From the NCBI RefSeq assembly GCF_006345805.1, contig NC_043013.1, positions 42,780,001 through 42,844,000 of the forward strand: 64,000 nucleotides of DNA, in the 5' to 3' direction. Under the pieces are notes generated by a model. That model did no database searches. It was not told the origin of the DNA and worked only from the letters and a program-made list of their open reading frames with translations. The DNA is from Octopus sinensis (Eukaryota). Position numbers and translations under genes: made by a program. The number at the start of each line of letters is the position of its first letter. Position 1 is the stretch's first letter. Shown in pieces: positions 59,004 through 64,000 of the stretch.

Positions 59004-59408
59004 CTGTAAAACAGGACCTGTGGACACAAGAGCACAGTTAAATAGCTGACAAGAATACAAAATATTCTGTATCTGTTATAAGGGGATTGAATTGGTAGAA
59101 ATACTGGGTTAGAGTATTCTGAGTAAGACTTCAACCTTTTAGCATTCAGATTTCTTTGTCAAATATATTGCTTATTTATTCACATTGTTTGGAATTAATC
59201 ACACATCGTCTTGTAACTTCAAGATTCAGTCAGCAATCAACAGCAAGATGAGCTGTTACAGATCACACTATCCCACAGTGTGTATGTATGCATGTGACTG
59301 GGGACCCTAAGTGAACCTGTATTCCCACTGAAACCCTGAACATGAACTCTATACCTCAACAATGAATGCACAGCTATGACATCTGTTCTGTCCGATGCAC
59401 TTGCTCAC

Positions 59409-59449
59409 CCAGTGGAGCAGTTGACAAATTTGCAAGCTGGATTTTTAGG
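59409..59449 (-). CDS. TEDC2: Host gene 41-nt exon (LKIQLANLSTAPL), phase 2 to 1
   Basis: Acceptor CTTTAACCTGCAG, donor GG|GTGAGC; exactly bridges the phases of its neighbours. Confidence 0.62.
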
Positions 59450-60049
59450 CTGCAGGTTAAAGCATTACTTTGCTTACTGGTACATTAGGGTTGACCGTCA
59501 GATGTGATCGGCATTTGTGAGGAAGTTGGTGAACCCTATGCTCGGAGCCAGCTGAAACCACTCTAGGTGAATGCCACCACAAGTACAAGTAAGTAGTAGA
59601 GTGTCATGTAAAATATTTGGAGCATTTGTGTTTTGAGTTCAAATCTCACTGAAGTCAATTTTGCCCTTTATCTTCCTGAGGCTCAAAAAATAAGTATACA
59701 AACACACACACAGAGTGAACATAAAGTAACCAGCATACACAAAACCCAAAATAGAAGATACAAGAAAAAAACGTGTTGACCAATTAAATAGATAAAATAT
59801 TTCTCAACAGATGAGCCAGCATAGTCAATCCTGCATCCACCCCACAGCCACTCAAATTTCTTTCACCATCACTTGCTACAGTTACATCTTCTCCATCTCT
59901 AAATATCTCCCTACATACTCTTAAGAAACATCCCCCTTTTCTTCTCTGTACCACTTATATTCCCTCCACAGTACCCTGGGGGTAGTTTCCCAATACATCT
60001 CCAACACCATCTATTTCTCTCACACTCTCTCACTCTGTCTGTCAAATGA

Positions 60050-60610
60050 TTCTCTCTCTATTTCTCCTTTCTTTTCCTACTGGAATAACCAAGTATTTCC
60101 TTTATAGTAAGACACCCATTTTTACCTCTCTATTGTACTTTAACCTCTCAACTGATACAAAGCCACCTCCCTCAGTACCACTCCCCACCTCCCAGTGAAG
60201 GGGTCTTGCTGCAAGTCATTTGGCAACCCCACTAGATCTGGGGCAACATAAAAATCACCCAGAATACTCTCCAAAGCAGTTGGTATTAGAAAGGGCGTCC
60301 AACCAAAGAGACCCTGCCAAAGCAGACAATGGGGTCTAATGCAGCTCTCTGGCTTGCCAGCTCTTGTCAAACCATCCAATCTGATCTGGCAAAGTTTCTA
60401 CAGCTGGATGCCCTTCCTAATGCCAACAACTCCAAGAGTGTAATGGGTGCTTTTACATACCGCAGGCACAAAGTCCAGTCAGGCAGTACTGGCATCAACC
60501 ACGCTCAAATGGTGCTTTTTACATGTCACCTGAACAGGAGCCAGTCTGGCGACCCTGGCAATGATCTCGCTCGAATGGTGCTTTCAACATTTCACTGGCA
60601 CGGGTGCCAA
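60050..60610. mobile_element. RTE 3' UTR remnants in opposite orientations (+ to about 60375, - from about 60376)
   Basis: The tail motif TTGGTATTAGAAAGGGCGTCC and its reverse complement GGATGCCCTTCCTAATGCCAA face each other. Confidence 0.6.
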
Positions 60611-60886
60611 TAAGGTGGCACTGTTATCGGCCACACACACATATATATAATGTATATTAGGGGCTGAGATTACCTTCTTTTGTAGCACAGTATTAAAAGA
60701 TCTTGTCCATAGTTTCAGATGACAAAAATAGCTTAGTAAAATATAGTGGTTTAGTGTACACCAAAGTAGATGCACTGTACCACAAGACATCCAAACTCTA
60801 CCAATATATTGTATTGTCTATTTCCACTGTTACAACAATAATTAAATATCAAATATCATAAAAAATAAATATCTAATATGTGTTAC

Positions 60887-61380
60887 CTGACTGTGGGATG
60901 GTCATCATTACCTCTACTTGTTTGATCTTTTGAAGAAACCGTGACCTGTTCTTTGGAACAAGGAATCAAATCAGTCTGAGAATTTTGACAATTCTTTTCA
61001 GCTTTATCTAAGATCTTTGTTGAGTGGTCTTTCTCGATGTTTTTAGACTTGCTATCTTTCTTCACCAATGTCTTTGACACTGAAGAGGGTTTCGTGTTTG
61101 ATACTTGCTTTGCTTTCACTACTATTTGAGGATTCTTTCTGGGAGCAGCCTTTTGTGGAATTCTATAAGACACTGGTTTGGCTTTTGGAATATCCACTTC
61201 TTTGAGAACTCGAATCAAAGCAGCTTCAGAGATTACTCCAATATCTGAATTCTTCAGGCTGTCTTCAGTATTGGAACTGACTTTTGTCGTATCAGTCTGT
61301 ATCTTTTCTGAGTCAAGAATTTGTTTCCATTCTTTAGAAAGAGATTCATTGTCTTCTATGCTTTGAGAAATTGGTTTATG
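60887..61380 (-). CDS. TEDC2: Host gene large K/S-rich linker exon (HKPISQS...DHPTV), phase 0 to 2
   Basis: Acceptor TTTTTCCTTCTCGTTTCTAG, donor CAG|GTAACA, 494 nt with no stop. Confidence 0.82.
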
Positions 61381-62101
61381 CTAGAAACGAGAAGGAAAAA
61401 TTATGTAACCACTAAGAACAGTCTTGGTTCTTTACTGTTGTTTGTTTGTCGCTGTTTACATATGTCTGTGTTTGTGTGTATTCCCGTTTGTCCTGATGTG
61501 TGTGTGTGTGTGTGCACTTCCATGTGCTTCTACCTGTGTGCGTGAATTTGTACCTATGTATCTAAGACTGTGTCAATTTGCACTGGTCACACTTATATGT
61601 GTCTGTGCCTATTTGCACTTCCTGTGTGTGTGTGTGTGAATTTTCCCCTGTGTATCTGAGATAGTGCAAACTTGCATTTGTGTGCATATAGTTGAATCTG
61701 TGTGTACATAACTGAGTACACTTATGTGTGCTTGTTTGCATGTGTGTGTACGTGTGTGGTTGTGTGTAAGTATATTTGTGCCTATGATGTCAGATTAGTG
61801 GTGTTTTTTCTAAGACTGCAAGGCAAACAAAGCAGGCCAATGATATATAAATGAATGCACACATCAAATCAGATATAAATATAGGTCATTCATTTTTAGG
61901 AGACATTCGGAAAGAAGGTACATGCATGTTATATGTACCTTGTTTCAATGACTTGTATAGCCTACAAATTAAAATACAATTTCTAGCTTACAGGTGTTTT
62001 AGGAGTCACCAGTCTATGATGCCAGAAATCAATATACCACTAAAACAGACCAAATATCTATCTTCTGACCCCTTCAAAAGCTCACTCTCTTCTTTACCAA
62101 C

Positions 62102-62190
62102 CTTTCTCCATGTTATATCAGCCTTCTTGAGCACCCGGTCAATTAGTTCAATTTCAGCCAACTGTTCTTCAGTCAAAGAACAGACATCAG
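62102..62190 (-). CDS. TEDC2: Host gene exon (DVCSLTEEQLAEIELIDRVLKKADITWRK), phase 1 to 0
   Basis: Acceptor T12-CATTGTAG, donor AAG|GTTGGT; best match to the TEDC2 N-terminal helix. Confidence 0.78.
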
Positions 62191-62439
62191 CTACAATGAA
62201 AAAAAAAAAAGAGATTTTTAAAAAATCTGCTCAATGCCAACCATACATAAATTTGGGTAAATTTGATTTCTAGAGAATCAAGAATCATGACATTTTGAAC
62301 AAAGCTTGTTACTGGAGAGTAAGAAATTTTTTTTTTTACAAGTTTATGATAGCAATGAAAACAATTCGATAGATACAAGTATGTGTGTGTGTGTAGACAC
62401 ATATATCCATACATATGTATGTATACATATACACAGATA

Positions 62440-62485
<46 letters not shown>

Positions 62486-62737
62486 TATTATTATTATTTG
62501 TAAGGTTTATTTGAATCCCTGTTGGTGCAGCGAGATGTGGTTTACCCCAAGTGATGTTTCTTTACAAATATCTTACATCTGACAGCAGTAAAACAAGTAT
62601 TCTCCCATGTAATTTCCTGCCAATGCCCACAGAGTTGATACATTAGGTTACTCAGTCTACTGTTGGCAAAGGGAGGAAGTATATCTACAGCGATTGCATC
62701 TCAGAGTGTAGCAAACCCCTCTGCATTTTATAAGTAA

Positions 62738-62800
62738 CTAGCAGTATAACCCGGCCTTGCCCGGGATTAAGTTACGATTATTAAGCTAATCAAGTTCTTT
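62738..62800 (-). mobile_element. Helitron 3' terminus (5' extent unknown)
   Basis: Minus strand reads CCCGGGCAAGGCCGGG hairpin + TTATACTG + CTAG|T, like the ends at 44129 and 46583. Confidence 0.65.
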
Positions 62801-62839
62801 ATTTCAAACCAAAACAATAACAAAATAAAAATATCTTAC

Positions 62840-62949
62840 CTTGGTCAGGAAGTGCTAAAGCATTGTTTGTTTGGTTTTTATCCACAACATTTTTATCAGC
62901 AATAGTTTCGTTTCTCTTCACCTCACATTCTCCTTTATGACTTAGATAC
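62840..62949 (-). CDS. Candidate host gene exon (YLSHKGECE...ALPDQ), phase 2 to 1
   Basis: Strong donor AAG|GTAAGA and matching phase, but a weak acceptor with no pyrimidine tract. Confidence 0.45.
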
Positions 62950-63236
62950 CTGCCGTTTTAATGATGATTTATAGTAAACAGCGACGTGTACAGTGAATGA
63001 CATAACAATACGTAGTGATGTCAGTATTTGACAACCTACAATTTTACAATTGCATGCAAGAAAGCGGGGTCACCATCTTGTATGTAAAACGACAAGAAAA
63101 ATAAGAACTTGTGAGATGTTCGTAAGTCATAACATATTTATTATTGGATGTAATGCGTTTACGTATAAGAATGGTTTGAAAGAAAAGGCTTGTAATGTAT
63201 TACATGATCATACTTTGCAACTACATGTCCCAATCA

Positions 63237-63920
63237 TCATCATCACCATCGTTTAACGTCCGCTTTCCATGCTAGCATGGGTTGGACGATTTTGAATGAG
63301 GGCTGGCGAACCAAATGGCTGCACCGGGCTCCAATCTAGATTTGGCAGAGTTTCTACAGCTGGATGCCCTTCTTCACGCCAACCACTCCGAGAGTGTAGT
63401 GCGTGCTTTTTACGCCTAAGAACTGACAGGCAAAGGGAGCGTGAAATTAAAATTGTGTTCTCTTTATATAAGGGATGAACCAGAAGTCTCTGACTTCCTC
63501 ATCATCCAGAAGTTAATTGAAAGCTTCTAGAATATCTGAGAATTTTCAAGAAGGTCGAGGGAGATTCCTCTCACTAGATCCCTTTTTCGTTTTGCTTTCC
63601 TGCTTGACTACAAGGGGTCACTACAAATATCATCATCATCATTTAGCGTCCGCTTTCCATGCTGGCATGGGTTGGACAGTTCAACTGGGGTCTGTGAAAC
63701 CAGAAGGCTGCACCAGGCCCAGTCTGACCTGGCAATGCTTCTACGGCTGGATGCCCTTCCTAACGCCAACCACTCCGTGAGTGTATTGGGTGCCTTTTAC
63801 GTGCCACTGGCACGGGGGCCAGGCGAGGCTGGCAACGGCCACGATTGGATGGTGCATTTTACGTGCCACCAGTACGGGGGCCAGGTGAGGCTGGCAATGG
63901 CCACGATCAGATGGTATAAC
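63237..63920 (-). mobile_element. Two RTE 3'-tail fragments (63237-63415 and 63628-63920)
   Basis: CATCATC..TTTAACGTCCGCTTTCCATGCT starts, followed by GGATGCCCTTC. Confidence 0.8.
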
Positions 63921-64000
63921 TAGCAATTCAAATAAGATTGTTGGTTCAGTTTGTCAAGCAACTTACTGAAGCACTACATCCAAATTCTATATAAAAATGA

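Larger units (their letters stand above)
47871..62949 (-). other. TEDC2: Span of spliced host gene, TEDC2/C16orf59-like (first exon(s) not identified)
   Basis: Ten GT-AG exons chain with compatible phases into one frame ending TAA. CSLTEEQLAEIELIDRVLKKA and LCYSSVTEL...HL...FRVLQGILWHNGEQFPILLK align without gaps to my recollection of human TEDC2 (CTPSPQDLKELEFLTQALEKA; LVYSSTQEL...HL...CRAVHSLLCEGGARVLTILR). Confidence 0.7.

Noticed and set aside
63064-63075. Minus-strand TGGTGACCCCG matching the Trp PBS
   Set aside because: Only 11 nt and not preceded by a recognisable LTR end; probably chance.

Overview
Eukaryotic (animal) genomic DNA, most likely an octopod cephalopod. That assignment is from recollection of the SINE and RTE repeat families and is not verified. 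The window has two parts. (1) About 1-46.6 kb is almost pure, nested transposon sequence. It holds two Tx1/L1-clade LINEs (one intact) sitting at the same nucleotide of a 0.6-0.9 kb tandem repeat, three RTE LINEs and a tandem array of Penelope-like elements interrupted by a complete non-coding LTR element. It also holds a CR1-group LINE, several Gypsy relics, a Helitron helicase, non-autonomous Helitrons and a mariner fragment. Essentially every orientable element there is on the + strand. (2) About 47.9-63 kb is an AT-rich host gene on the - strand. Ten phase-compatible exons could be chained; the protein resembles TEDC2/C16orf59. Its introns carry SINEs, RTE 3' tails and mariner/pogo remnants in mixed orientation. 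Top hypotheses: a flamenco-like uni-strand piRNA cluster downstream of the host gene, and a Tx1 retrotransposon that targets a TATA/TCT-like start site in a tandem repeat. All coordinates were read by eye; relic boundaries are approximate.
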